Positions 13,121-26,207 of a stretch of DNA of 64,000 nt are shown one piece after another; positions within the stretch are counted from its first letter, which is position 1; every line of letters starts with the position of its first letter. The position numbers were made by a program, and so were the translations under genes. Source of the stretch: the human T2T-CHM13v2.0 reference genome, Homo sapiens. The stretch lies in the NCBI RefSeq assembly GCF_009914755.1, contig NC_060926.1, one strand, 5' to 3'. The notes under the pieces are model-generated. The model did not search any database. It saw only the letters and a list, made by a program, of their open reading frames with translations, and was not told the origin of the DNA.

Positions 13121-16100
13121 ATGGACTTCAGAATGGGAGACCAAGATGGTCCTTTCCCTAAGAGCACCTTGCTGAGGCTGAGGAGTGCCACCTGGCTATA
13201 GATCTCAGGGGCTCTCTTCTCTAGGATTTTCAACCCAGGAGATCTCTTCTACACAGAGCTTTTGTGATATCTGTCACACACACACAAAGATAAGCTCCTC
13301 TCTTCTCTCCTAATTGATATCACCTGTGCTCTTCTCCTGCACAGCTTTTCCAAGCAGACAGCATGCAAACACCTCTAATTCTGCATAGTGGATTCAGCAC
13401 CAGTGGACATGTCCTTCTTATCTTACCAGAATGCCACACAGTTGCCACATCTAGGTGTCTGCCTCAAATCCAAGACCCCAGTCCCAATCTCAGAGTTAGC
13501 AAGGGCTTAATTTGAATCATACCTCTCCCACATACTGTCCACTTAACTTTGATGAAATCACCTAATCTCTGTGGTCTACAGTTTTATTATCTACAATATT
13601 GCTCTCAGGATTCTTAAAAATCATTGTACAGTGTCTGATGCATTACTGGGCCTAGTAGTTATATAATAAATGACAGATTTATCAATGATATACTCTGATA
13701 ACTTGTTAACAGATTACAGAGTCATGCACATCTGGGTTTGAATTTTACATCTATTACTTATTAACATTATGACCAGGAGTAATACACTTTTAATTTCTGG
13801 CACTCAGATTGTCTTTGCTGTAAAGATCATGAATCATAGTCCTCTATCTGCAAGGTCACTGTATTTGTTTTTCTACAAAATGTGTATTCAATAATGTAGC
13901 TATTGTTAAAAATTGTCTTTGACCAGCGCTCCTCCACAAGAAATTCCCATGGAAAAAGTGGACACAGAAAACACTAAGTGCCAAATAAACACCATTACTT
14001 TTAAGTTCCCACCACCCTAAATTCCCAAGGCAGGACCATGGAGAGCTCCTTTTGATTTTTATAAGCTTTTTCTGTTTTGTTTTGTTTTGTTTTTGTTCTT
14101 TCTCTCTAAGAACTGGAGCAGAGCATTCTTCTGAGATCTCCCATCTACCTTTTTATTTAAATATAAATTTAAATATTTACCTTGTTTTTTCTCTCACTCA
14201 CTGTATTCATGGCTATGTGTCAGTTCAGATGGGTTCAGCTGCATTTAAAATAAGAAAACCTTACGAAACATTGACTGTAAAAGATAGAAATTTATAAAAT
14301 AAGTTAAGATGCAGGTGTTTTATGGCTGGTAAGGCTGCCTGACATTCCCAGAGAGACTGAAACCTTTCCTTTTCTAGTCTGCCATCTTTAGCAAGGGGCT
14401 TTCATGTTCAAGGATGCCTCATGGTAAAAAGATAGCTGCTGGAGCTCCAGCTATTGTATTTAGATTTGAAGAAAGAAGGATGGAAAGAGGCTAAGGCCAA
14501 AATCCCCATTTCACTATCACCAGATATATAACATTACCATTCTGTAGCTACAAAAAAAAGCCAGGAAATGTGGCTTTTGTTTTCTAGGTCTCAGTTTCTC
14601 AACTTATAAAATTGAATATTTGGCTGTGTGATTTCGATGTCCTCTCCCACTTTATAATATGTGAACTTAAAAGACTGTATTTCCTGACTTTCTTTGCAAC
14701 TGAGAGATATCCATATGTGAGTAGCAACCAAAGAGTGGGACTTTTGGAGAGCAGTTTAAAGGGATTTGGTTCAGTTGGAAGACGTTTTAGTTGGGTACAT
14801 TGCTGCTCTGTGTATCAGGGTTCTATTGCTAAGAAAAGAGAGAGTAGGTTTTGGATAAGCAGCTCATGGTTTCTGCCATATAATATTACATTGTTTATTC
14901 ATAAATCAGTTACATTCCATAGGTAAATCTGCAACCATTCCCTACCTTTGTTACCTCTAAAATACCACGGTAGCTTCCTGCTCGTACCATAGTTGATCAC
15001 TGCACTCTGATTCGGTGGTACGAAACCCCCATAGGATTGGTTAAATTTTGATTGATTGAATTCTCCTTGTAATCTGACTCTGTCCAATCAGTTGGTGAAG
15101 TCTCATTCCCTAGGTTATCTACTCTTATACAGATAAGGAGCTATATGAGTTTATAGTTCACATAATAAATAAATGTTTTTATTTATTTATCAAACTTTCA
15201 CATTCCCAGTGAAGGATAATTCCCCAACACAGTCTGAACTTGGTCTTGTCTGGCTGCTTTATTAAATTGTCTACTCTACTGAATATTGTCCTACTTATAC
15301 TTAAAACATTCTAACTTCACCACTGTGTATATGATGTTCTTGTCTAAAAAATAATTCATTTAAAAAGTATAATGATTTAAATAACCTATAAAATAAAATA
15401 GACTCTACTAACAGCTACATATATTTTCAAAAACAGTAGAAGAATATTGCCACACCTGCAAATAATATTGCCTAATAACCATGAGATGGTTTTTGTGAGG
15501 CTGGCTATATAGCTATTATACTCCTATTATCCTACAAATTTTACACATTAAAAATCATGAGACCTACAGAGCCAAGAATCTTCTCCAAAGACAGTGATTC
15601 ACCCCACCCCCTATTTTTGTAGAACATCTGAAAATTTGGAACTTATTCAGTTTGGGCCTTTTTCTGTATTTGTTGTTGTTATAATGTGAATCAAGTACTT
15701 ATGACAATCCCTGTTTATGAAAAATGACTCATAGTTTTCAGCAAAAGTGCCAAGCTCAACTGTGTACAGCAGAGTATTGGGAAGAGAAAGTTAAATTTAG
15801 CCTCCAAGTGAGGAAATGAAGACAGGGAAAAAAAATTAAAACTGTTCTCCAACATCCTGCATCAATGTGTTGGGTGGCCTGTGCTTAGTCATAAAAGCAG
15901 CCAGAAAAAAAGAACAATAAATGCAAAAGACTTTTAAAGACGTAATGTGCAATATGCTCTAGAAGTGAATTAAAGATATTTAAGTTATTTACAAAGAAAA
16001 TGAAATGACCACTTTGTTATAGGATACAGGACATAAAATCCAGCAGTGAGCCATTCAGTGGACTTACAACAGGGATCGTGTCCTGAATTTTACCAAGCTA

Positions 16101-16210
16101 CTTTTCAATGACCCTGGAAACATGTTTCATTAGCTCAATCAACAGCAAAGGTGATTCTTTTATTGAGAGTTCTTTACAGATTATAAATAAAGATTTATTA
16201 AGAATGAATA
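13121..16210 (+). pseudogene. Channel fossil repeat 1 (pre-S1, S2, S5, pore, C-linker, CNBD)
   Basis: RIFNPGDLFY 13223-13252 (pre-S1); IVDSAPVDMSFL 13385-13420 (cf. KCNH S2 VVDSIVDVIFL); LKYHGSFLLVP*LITAL*FGG within 14951-15019 (S5); KCFYLFI/QTFTFPVKDNSPTQSEL 15171-15241 (pore helix, cf. CNGB1 RCYYFAVKTLIT..P....E); NKIDSTNSYIYFQK 15392-15433 (C-linker, cf. MDSTVKYMNFYK); QVLMTIPVYEK 15692-15724; VIYKENEMTTLL*DTG 15984-16031; DLQQGSCPE about 16060-16086. Confidence 0.75.
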
Positions 16211-17028
16211 CAGTTTTTATTTATTGAGAATCTGCTGTGTACCCTTCCCATCCGTGCTGTGTGATGGAGACAGCACCATGGAAAGGCAGGATGAGTGATA
16301 CAGTTTCAGGGATCCCAGAAGTCTCTTCACTCTCCCCCAACCCCTCCTCAAAATGTCTCTTTTGATGTTAATCCCTTATGAATTCAAGTCTACATTTAGA
16401 GGAGCAATAATTTAAATCAAGGCTGTATCCCACAGTGAAGCACAGATCCTCTATGGACAAATCCAGTCTTGAATTTCTATCAGTCTTTTACCTCTTTGTG
16501 TGAATGGAGTTATCAAATAGACAGGAGAGAAGAGAGAACATGGGGCATAGTGCCGTTTATTGCAGAAGCTGTAGTTAGGCTCCCTGGAGGCCAAATCTGC
16601 CCCTGCCGATTTGCATCTCTTAGCACTTGTCATCAGTGTTCAGGAGGAATCATTCTTCTCTGGATAGCCACCAACATAGTGTATCTGCAGGGGTCCCAAG
16701 GGGGGCTATGTGCTCTGAAAGCTCCTCCAGAACTTGCCCACCACATGTACCACATGTCGCTTCAAGCTCCCTGGGTATGACAGTCTGGAGGCTGCTTCTC
16801 TTAAAGTGCAGAACTATTAAGGTCCATTTTTTGATAAATCACTTTTCAATTTTAAAAGAATATTCTTGTCCATTATATTTGAGCCACACGACAACCCTAC
16901 AGGGAATGTATTATTGATTTCATTTTATACAGAGAAAATGGAGGGTAAGAGAGTGTCTCCAAGTTACCCAGTTAGTTTGGTTTGGATTTTTCTAACCTCC
17001 GCTATCATGTCTATAAAAAGATCTACCT

Positions 17029-17236
17029 GGAACATCACACACTGGGGCCTGTCAGGGGGTGGAGGGCAAAGGGAGGGAGAGCATTAGGACAAATACCTAA
17101 TGCATGCGGGGCTTAAAACCTGAATGATGGGTTGATGGGTGCAGCAAACCACCATGGCACATGTGTACCTATGTAAAAAACCTGCCCTTTCTGCACATGT
17201 ATCCCAGAACTTAAAATAAAAATTAAAATAAAATAA
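17029..17236 (+). mobile_element. L1PA7/8-like 3' UTR fragment
   Basis: aacatcacacactggggcctgtc...gcacatgtatcccagaacttaaa followed by an A-rich tail. Confidence 0.9.
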
Positions 17237-19274
17237 AGTAAATCCACCTTACATTTTCATAATACATTTCAGCTCACAAAGCTTTTTCACACATAATCTC
17301 ACCAACTCCATCTGATTGAGCACCATTGTTTTCTGCTACTTCTCTCCAAAGACTTCCAAGGGCTGAACTTGTTTCTTGGACTGATCAAGTTCCCCACAAA
17401 TAAGCATAGAGAGAAGGCAAATGCATAAGGCAGGAGTCTATGTTTGTAAAACACACATAAATAGCCATATTCCCAGGGGCAAGAGAAGTGGCTGGGGAGT
17501 CAGGACCCTGCGACGGAATCCCAGGTTCATTACATGTCATCACTGTGGGCAAGTCAGACTCTGAACTCCTTTTCCAAAGCTGTAACATAGAGGTTAGATG
17601 AAGTGATATACATGAAGATGTTTTGTAAATGGTTACACACACATCAGGGGTTATAATAATCAAAAACAGGGTCCCCACCTTGAAGGGACTTGAAGATTTA
17701 AACTTTATTCATCTTCACACGACCCAGCTTAAAATAGGTTAAGTAAATCATTTGAATGATCAAATGCACAAATAACGTATACATCAAAAAAATGAGAGAG
17801 GCCTGAACTGTGACTAAGAACAGTGTTTGGGCAGGCAGGAGGAGAACTCCATTGATTAATTTCTCCCATTGATAGTGGGCCTCACAATGTGGGGTGCAGT
17901 TCCCTACACATTTTCTCATTTCACCTCCATCCATTTTGGCGGTCACAGAGCCTGTGCTCAGTGAGATTACTAAGTAACTTGTCCACCGTTAGTGACTAGA
18001 GGGGCTGGGGTTTGAGCCTGAGTTTGTGCAATTTCAAACTTTTGGCTTATTCTCTGCAGTTCACTGAGCACATTGAATGAGGAATTCTAGACCCTTGGTC
18101 CTAAGTAGCTACTGGTATTGTTTCTCCCCTACACCCTACTTATTACAGGATTTGGAGTTAAGATTAAACTTTCTCCAGGCTCCCCGTTAACGTTTCCTGA
18201 TTTTGTTCCTTCAGCTTGCCTGAAATCCCCTGGCTCCTTTGTTGCAAATGGCCTCACTTACTGTACTTCCCTAGGAGGTCATCCATGGATGACCATGTTC
18301 ACTACCATTTATCCATTGAAGACTTGTGGGTCACTCTCTGCCTCACCACCTCCATTTCTACCTTCATTCATGATGATTTCAAAATCCAAGTAAATGATAA
18401 AACCGACAAACTGGTCTCTCAATTTCTTACCCCTAAAACTGCACTTCTACTCCATTTATCACTCACTCCTATTGTCATTCCCTTAGCCATTTTCATTGTT
18501 GATAACATATTTCTTCAAAATTTTCTCTTTTAAGTGACCCAATCTGCATCCACTTATCTTTCACCCATATTTCTTTTAGTCACGTGACTCCAAAAGTTCT
18601 ACGATCCCTGCAAAAGGTCAAAGCCCTATCACCTTTTCACTATGATAAGTGACCTCACTTCTGGTTTTGATTTCTGGTCCATCATTATAACCCTCAACTC
18701 TCCTGTACCTCTCTCTCTATCCTTGCAACATGCCAACCCTGGTTAAACCCAACTCTCACTCTACTTTATACCCACATTTAAGGAGCTAAATAAAACTAGA
18801 TTTAAAACACAAAAATATGCCTTTTGTGCCTATGGATCTCAATTTTAATTTATGATCACAAATTTCAAGTGTGCTTTCAATGTTTCTCCCAAATGCAAAT
18901 ACATTTTCATTCACTCTCTCGTTCTCTAGGGTCACTATTGCGACTTTATCTTACTTCCTCAAATCTTAAAATATTCTAGTACTTCTTCCCTCTCAGCTGC
19001 TGACATTCACTGATTATTTCACTAACAAACAGAACTACCACAAGAAGTGCCTACCTTCTCCAACCCCCCAAACTATAAACTTACCCAATAGCTATAACTA
19101 ACTATGATTTCACAGAGTTTTAATAACTGATAAGCATGAGTGTTGATCTGTTTGAATGGGTGGCAGCTTTAAACATACTAGAACTATCATAAACGTACAT
19201 AGCCTTGAAATATCACCCCAGTCTATACCCACAGACACTCCTTTCACTTTTGTAATAGTGAACAACTATACTCC

Positions 19275-19313
19275 TATACTAGTCAGGGTTCTCTAGGGGG
19301 ACAGGACTAATAT

Positions 19314-19364
<51 letters not shown>

Positions 19365-19859
19365 GAAAGGGGGTTTATTAAGGAGTATTGACTCACGTGA
19401 TCACAAGGTGAAGTCCCACAATAGGCTATTTGCAAGCTGAGAAGCAAGGAAGCCAGTCCGAGTCCCAAAACCTCAAAAGTGAGGAAGCCAATGGTGCAGC
19501 CTTCAGTTTGTGGCTGAAAGCCCGAGAGCCCCTGGCAAATCACTGGTGTAAGTCCAAGAGTCCAAAAGCTGAAGAACTTGGAGTCTGATGTTAGAGAGCT
19601 GGAAGCATCCAGCATGGGACAAAGATGGAGGCTAGAAGATTTAGCCAGTCTAGTCTTTCCAAGTTCTTCTGCCTGTTTTATTCTAGCCATGCTGGCAGCT
19701 GATTAGATGGTGCTCATCCAGATTGAGGGTGGGTCTGCCTCTCCTAGTCCACTGACTCAAATGTTAATCACCTTTGCCAACACCCTCACAAACACGCCAT
19801 GGAACAATACCTTGCATCCTTCAATCCAATCAAGTTGACACTCAATATTAACCATCACA
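19275..19859 (-). mobile_element. MLT2A2 solo LTR (HERV-L) containing (GATA)12
   Basis: Typical termini (...agtcagggttctctag and ...ttaaccatcaca); 5-bp TSD actcc at 19270-19274 and 19860-19864. Confidence 0.92.
19314..19364. repeat. (GATA)12 STR
   Basis: Direct count. Confidence 0.97.
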
Positions 19860-21570
19860 ACTCCTAACTTGGGCCAATCCTTCTTTTAGGCACTAGATCA
19901 CATCCATTCCCATCCACTCAGGATATTACTCTGTAATTCTCATTTTTTCTTCTATATCATGTTTTCTCCTCTCTCTTGGTTTATCCTCATCTAGATATAA
20001 GCATACTGTAAGGTCTTCTACCATACAAAAAATATCTTTGATTTTGTCTACCTCCTGATCATTCTGTTCTCCTATGCAGCCGTTCTCTGTTATGACTATC
20101 TTCGACATTATTTTTCTCCATTCTTCCTTGAAAGCATCCCTGTCAGGCTTTCAAATCCATCACTCCACTGAAACAGCTTCCTTATTACCAAATTTGATGG
20201 TCAATTCTCAGTTTTTATCTCACTCAAAATCTTAGCAGCTTTTGACACAATTGATCGTCTCCTTTTTGAAACATTTCTTTATTGACTTTCTGGACAAAAT
20301 ATTTTTCTAGTGTCCTTTCTACTTAGTTGACCCACATGTTGCTGAATCCCCTTATCCTACTATCTAAGTGTTGGGGTGTTCCAGGCCCTATTCCCCCTAC
20401 TCTTCTATTTCCAATCTGCTGACACTCTTAGGTGACCTCATCTAGAATCATGGCTTTAAATACCATGTCTTCAATATGATGGCAACTTACAATTTTATAT
20501 CTTCAATCAGGTTTCTCCTCTGAACTTGAGATTCTTATGACAAACTGCCACCTCTATTTGCTTATCTAATTGCCATCCTAAAACCATTCTGTTCAGCAAA
20601 ATGAAATCATTTAATAGCCCGTGCAAACCTGCTGTTGCCCAAATGTTCACGTGTTGCTCAGCCCAACTGTCCTTTATTCTCTCACTTTCTACATCTAAGC
20701 CATCAACAAACCGCAGGCGACTTCCATCAACAAACTCCAGGAGAACTACCTTTGAAATACAGCCCAATTCTATGACTTGTTGCTCTTATATAACTGTATA
20801 ATAACCATATTTCTAGGCCAAGTCACTATCATCATTCTTCTGGAATGATGACACTATTATCTTTTACCTGGAATCCCACAATAGACTCATAATTGGTCCC
20901 ACTGTTCCAGCATTGTCCCCAACAGTCTATTATCAACCTAGCAAGCAGGTTATTTTATATTATTGTTAAAGCATAAATCTTACATGGTTTCTTTTCTGCT
21001 CAGAACCCTCAAAGTTTTTCCATTACACTTGGTATAAAATCCAAAGTCCTTGCTTCTGTGTCTTTGTCCCTGTCTGTCTAGCTCAGCTTTAGGACCTAGG
21101 TCAGATCCTACCTTCAAGAAGCAGGCAATCTGCTGCTTAATTTGACCTTACAGTACTTTGGAAGCCTTCTCAGCTTCAAGCCATGGTCAATGTTAGTCAT
21201 TTTTTCTCTCTGTACCTCAGTATATAACAGATGCAACCTTGCTTTCCCAGATTGGGGTGCAAACATAATTACATCTCTCGTATATTTCCCATTAGCCTCT
21301 GAATCCCTTCCTTGAGAAAAATCCATTGTCTTCCACTTGAGATATTTATATTCTTCTCACTGGCTTTTCTTACCCCATCCTACCTATTAACTGCCCAAGA
21401 ACTCCAAAGTTTACTCAGTCTAAACAGTGAAGAGAGTGAAACAGCAATTTCTTCCGCATCACTGGACCCCATACTCCTTTACAAACTTGTTTTGCCTCTT
21501 CCCCAAGGACCAGCTTTTCCTACCAGCAGAGGGGGACAATTGTTTACTAAGCTTCTTAAAAATAAACAAA

Positions 21571-21902
<332 letters not shown>

Positions 21903-22840
21903 TCACAAGCTTTTCTTACTCCTTCTGCCAAAGCAAGGTTTGATTCTTTATCATAATGAAAACTATCACTTTGTGGTGCCAAAAAAATCTATTTCTCCAA
22001 ATATCACTTTATTGTTGCACATATCGAAGATATTCTACATGTTTGTCTACAAGACTATCTCTTCAGTTAGACTGAAAGATCCTTGAGGGAAGGACTGTTT
22101 CTTATCACAGAACCCCATACAGGGAAAGGTTTACAATGCACATAGTAAGTGTTGAAATCAACAGAACTGAGTAGTCATTTTGTACAAATAGATTGATAAG
22201 TAGCTTTATTCAAATAAGTCCCAGCAAGTGCTGACAGACATAGCTCTGATTTATCACAAGAAGTGCAACTGATTTATTGACCACAGAGTTGTATGTTCTT
22301 TTGGCTGGTCTCTTGCTGCCCCTATAAAATGTATTCAATAGAGTTAATCTTCCCCTGATACAAAAATGAAATTGGGCAGATTCCATGCCTTTTCCTGGCA
22401 TACAAATGACAGAGTTTCTTACTTTAAATAACAAACCCAGCTTTACTCAAAAGTTAGAATGGACCAAATTTAAGATATTGATCTAAGGTTGGATTTTTCT
22501 TCCTCTTCCTTCAGGCTAAGACCTGTAGCTACTGCTGCCTCCCTCTAAGGAAGGTGAGGTGTTGGGACCAGCTCTTTCTCCACTCATCTCCATCACTACT
22601 AGCTAACTACTCTTTCCACCTTGACAGTTTAATCTGGTAGAAGAAGAGATAGGTATTAAAAAATTCTTACCTGACAGGTGACTTCCCACCTTCTGGTCTG
22701 TCTGATAAAGGTAAGTTTTTCTCATCAAAAGAGGTCTTTTTGATGGCAAATCTCATGATAGTGAACTTTCTCCAAACAATTCTTTGGCCTTGGATAATGG
22801 ATACATCTCTTGCCACTTGCAATTTCATTCTCAGCTCCTG

Positions 22841-22904
22841 ACTCTGGCATTCACCTCTAATGGGAAACACTCTGGCATTCACCTCTAATGGGAAACACTC
22901 TGGC
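22841..22904. repeat. Perfect 28-bp tandem duplication (2.3 copies)
   Basis: actctggcattcacctctaatgggaaac x2 followed by actctggc. Confidence 0.97.
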
Positions 22905-23089
22905 TGTCTAGGGTGGCTTAACAGGAACCAAAATGACAAACACTGGGTTTCTTTCTCATGTCATCATATTTGATCCATAGAAAAACATTCACACATCTAT
23001 CACTCGGACACTCTGGAGAACAATTCAATTAGCAGTCAGCCTCCATCATCCTACTGCCAAGGGCTACTTTAGCTGTCTCAGGGATCTGT

Positions 23090-23625
23090 CCTCTGGTCTC
23101 GTTGAGTCCAAAGCTTGCATTGCTTGCCACAGAATAGCCAATAAGTCAAAAGACAAGATGTTGGGACAAGGAAAGTGACTTGTTTCAGAGAACTAGAAAG
23201 CTGGGAAGATGGTGGCCTAAGGTCCCAAAGAACCATCTTAAAAAGCATGAATCTCAAGCTTCTTTTTATTTTTGGGAAGGGGGAACATAAAGGAGGTTGA
23301 GGTCAGGAGGTGAGAGGTGATCAGACCTCTGGTGTCAGATGGTGTCTGAAGGGGTTGCAAAATTTCTTTGTCCTTGGTCAGGACACAATACTCCTGTCAA
23401 TTTTTAACATAACATTGTTACTTGTGTGTATGCCCTCCTTATTTCCTCCAGGGTTAGTTTCCAGAAAGGACTATTATCATTCTTGAGTTAAAGGTAAACT
23501 ATAAACTAAATTCCTCCCGTAGTTAGCTTGGCCTACATGCAAGAATGAGCAAAGGCAATTAGCTTATAGGGGGTAGAAACAAGATGGAGTCAGCTATGTT
23601 CAATTTTTTTGACTGTTAATCTCTA
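23090..23625 (-). mobile_element. ERV1/MER4-group LTR
   Basis: aaactaaattcctccc..gttagcttggcctac..aagatggagtcagctatg motifs; subfamily not resolved. Confidence 0.7.
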
Positions 23626-23692
23626 AAATATAGGGAATTCTTTCAAGCTTTCCACGTTGTCCCATTGGTACACATCCCCCTCCCCCCCAACA

Positions 23693-23693
<1 letters not shown>

Positions 23694-23735
<42 letters not shown>
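23694..23735. repeat. (CA)n microsatellite
   Basis: Seen directly; similar dinucleotide tracts at about 31452-31482, 34516-34553 and 57030-57119. Confidence 0.95.
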
Positions 23736-23736
<1 letters not shown>

Positions 23737-23849
23737 GCTTGATGTGAAGCAGATCTCTTCCATTCCCTTTCCTACCTTTTTGGTGTGGAGAAGGTAGAGA
23801 TTCACAGCATAGCAGCTTCTCTTTATCAAGAAAATGCCTCAGATTTTTA

Positions 23850-24620
23850 CTCTTCCATCCCATAAGTTCAGGTTTTTTTCCTAGTTTTTTTAATTGGTAT
23901 GCCAAGGAACGTATGACTAGATATCAAATATTGTCAAACACTGTGTAGTTTTGTTTGTTGGGTGCTGGATTTCGTGGCAGATACATTACTTGGGATCAGC
24001 TTGATCCTTTTAAAGCTTATTTGTGTGTCTCTTAGGGTGCATCTAGAGTAGCCTCTAGTTTAAAACTAAGTAAATGAGGCTGTACTAAATACTAAGATTA
24101 TGCCTTTCTGAGCACTTTACCCACTTATGTATGGTTTATCAGGTTTCTTTATTTAGCTGGTGGAAATGCAAACTATTCCTAGTCCTCTACGAGCTCCTAG
24201 AATTGTTCAACTTCATGGTGTTTTACCCCACACATGTGCACCTCAATATTCAGACAGAGATTCTGGGGGATCCTCTATAGGCCTTTTCAGCTCCCTTCTC
24301 TCCAGTGCTTGTCTCCAAAATGCTAACTGCCTAGGATGCCAACCTCAATCTTCTCAATTCAGGGGAACTCTGGGCCCTGCTTGGGCTTTTCTTTCCCCTG
24401 CCAGGGCCTGGGAACTGCCTCCAGGCAGAGAGGTAGGGTGACTGCAAAGCTCACATGACTTATTTCCATTCTCTTAGAGATCGTACACACAGTCTTGCAC
24501 AGCCTGGTTGTCCAACATCTTGAAACAAATGTTCCATAGATTTTGACCAGTCTTGTAGTTGTTTGCAGTGGCAAAGCAATTCCCAGGGTGTTTATTCCTT
24601 CATGGGCAGGAGTGGGAGCC
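23850..24620 (-). mobile_element. Old L1M (MC/ME-type) fragment
   Basis: Degenerate antisense L1M 5'/ORF1-region motifs (gggtgctggattt, cttgatcctttt, gcctggttgtccaacatcttgaaac). Confidence 0.55.
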
Positions 24621-24855
24621 ATTCTAACTCCTATTTATACATCTGATTTAACCAATGAACCTGAATCCAAGAGGTATTTCTCAACCATTTATTTGGTCAA
24701 CTCTGCCTATGGTGGTTTGGCTTTGGAACTTTTTTATTTCATCTTACTGTTTGTAGGGAAATTTTAATTTCGACCTCCTCTTATAAGAGCTTTGAAGCCA
24801 GTAATCTATAAAAAACTGACTTAATTCACCTAATAGACTTGGAATTAAATTTTGT

Positions 24856-25000
24856 GTTTACTATATGCTTGTTTGGCATATAGTTTGCTATATGCAAGGT
24901 TGGCATATAGTTTGCTATACGCATGTTTGGCATATAGTTTACTATATGCATGTTGTTTACTATGTAAGCATATTGTTTACTATATGCTTGTTAGGCACAT
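24856..25000. repeat. 27-bp palindromic minisatellite
   Basis: Unit gtttrctatatgcwwgkttggcatata; three full copies plus partial copies. Confidence 0.92.
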
Positions 25001-25532
25001 CACAGCTCTGTTTCCAGATTCCTCACAGGGAAATATGGATAACAATTCCTGCTCCACTCATCTCTTAGATACACATCAAATGAAGGAACAAGTAACAGAG
25101 CACTTTGGAGTTGGAAGGGAATATAATCATCTCTATATCCCACCAGGTATTAGTAACTACCCAGTGAGTAATATTTATTATTTGATGTGCACCATATAAC
25201 TACCTTAGAAATTAGTAATATTATCTTCACTTTTGTTTTATTAGTCCTGATACAGCAGTTGAGGATTTGAAAGGTGAAGTAGCTTGCTCCATTTTACAGA
25301 GCTACTAAGGAGTAGCCTGGGATATGAATCCTGTATCATGCTGCCTGGTTTAAAAATTTGTTCTTTCCTTTTCCTTCAAAAGATGTCGTTTTTAGTCTTT
25401 TATGGGTCAGCTGGCATGCCTGCCACTGGATGTGGACTATATATCTGTAAGAATGACTACAAATACATTGTAGTTTCTTGTGCATTTCACATTTAACATG
25501 GCTGTTATCAGAATTTTATCTTCATCTCCCAG

Positions 25533-25768
25533 AAATACTAGTTTACAAATCAGAGCTGTGCCAAACCACAATTCTTATTAAGTTGCCTAGTAGGGAATCT
25601 TGAAACATTTTTAGAAGAAATCAGATCACTGCTTATCTTAAGATGCAAGACCTCTGCAAATCTTTTCTCTCTATAAAAACGATCCACCATCTAGTCAACC
25701 GATGCCCTGTGTTTGCAAATTCTGTCTATGCTAGAGTAGTAAGGTTAGTGAGAAAAGTTGAAAATCAG
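25533..25768 (+). pseudogene. Fossil exon (C-terminal half of the repeat 2 CNBD)
   Basis: Acceptor ttcatctcccag| and donor CAG|gtaaaa. 78 codons in one frame with a single TGA: EILVYKSELCQTTILIKLPSRES*NIFRRNQITAYLKMQDLCKSFLSIKTIHHLVNRCPVFANSVYARVVRLVRKVENQ. Ends in phase 0. Confidence 0.75.
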
Positions 25769-26207
25769 GTAAAATAAGATTACATTTAAAACAAGACCCA
25801 GGGTTGGCTTTTAATTTTGTTGTCAAATATTAAAACAAAAGAGCCATTGTCAGGAAGAGAGATCAATTATTCTGTAGGATTCCAAGAACTAGAAAAGGAC
25901 TTTTGGTTGAATTGAGGGGAGATACATTTCCACTCCATAAAAAGAAGAACTTAGAATGTTACAGTGAACAAAACCAGAATGAGATACCCAAGGAAGCCAT
26001 AGGTTCTTTATGTGGCATTGCATGATCACTTTGTTGGAGACAAGGAAGAGACCTTCACCTGGGACCATGGAAACCCCAAGTGGCCCCTGAATGGGATTTC
26101 AGAGGCCTGTGAATTTCTTAAAATTCTGTGTTTGAATGCAAATGCCCATTTGTTAGGGATGGTTTAAAGCTTTCCTTAGATTGTCAAAAATCTCCAAGAC
26201 TAAAACT

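Larger units (their letters stand above)
18230..21050 (+). mobile_element. L2 fragments interrupted by MLT2A2
   Basis: tccactgaaacagct, ggtcaattctcagt, catggctttaaatacc, ctgctcagaaccctc, aaaatccaaagtcctt motifs. Confidence 0.75.
22200..25768 (+). pseudogene. Channel fossil repeat 2
   Basis: LYVLLAGLLLPL*NVF 22289-22336 (S1); KFFSSKEVFLMANLMIVNFLQTILW 22713-22787 (S4-S5 linker and S5); SS*L 22833-22844 (turret SW); MTNTGF 22933-22950 (selectivity-filter region, cf. MTSTGYG); LIRALKPVIY 24780-24809 (CNBD start); exon 25533-25768 ending in the CNBD B/C-helix-like LSIKTIHHLVNRCPVFANSVY. Confidence 0.75.

Noticed and set aside
24856-25000. CRISPR-like palindromic repeats
   Set aside because: The units are head-to-tail with no unique spacers, and the DNA is primate.
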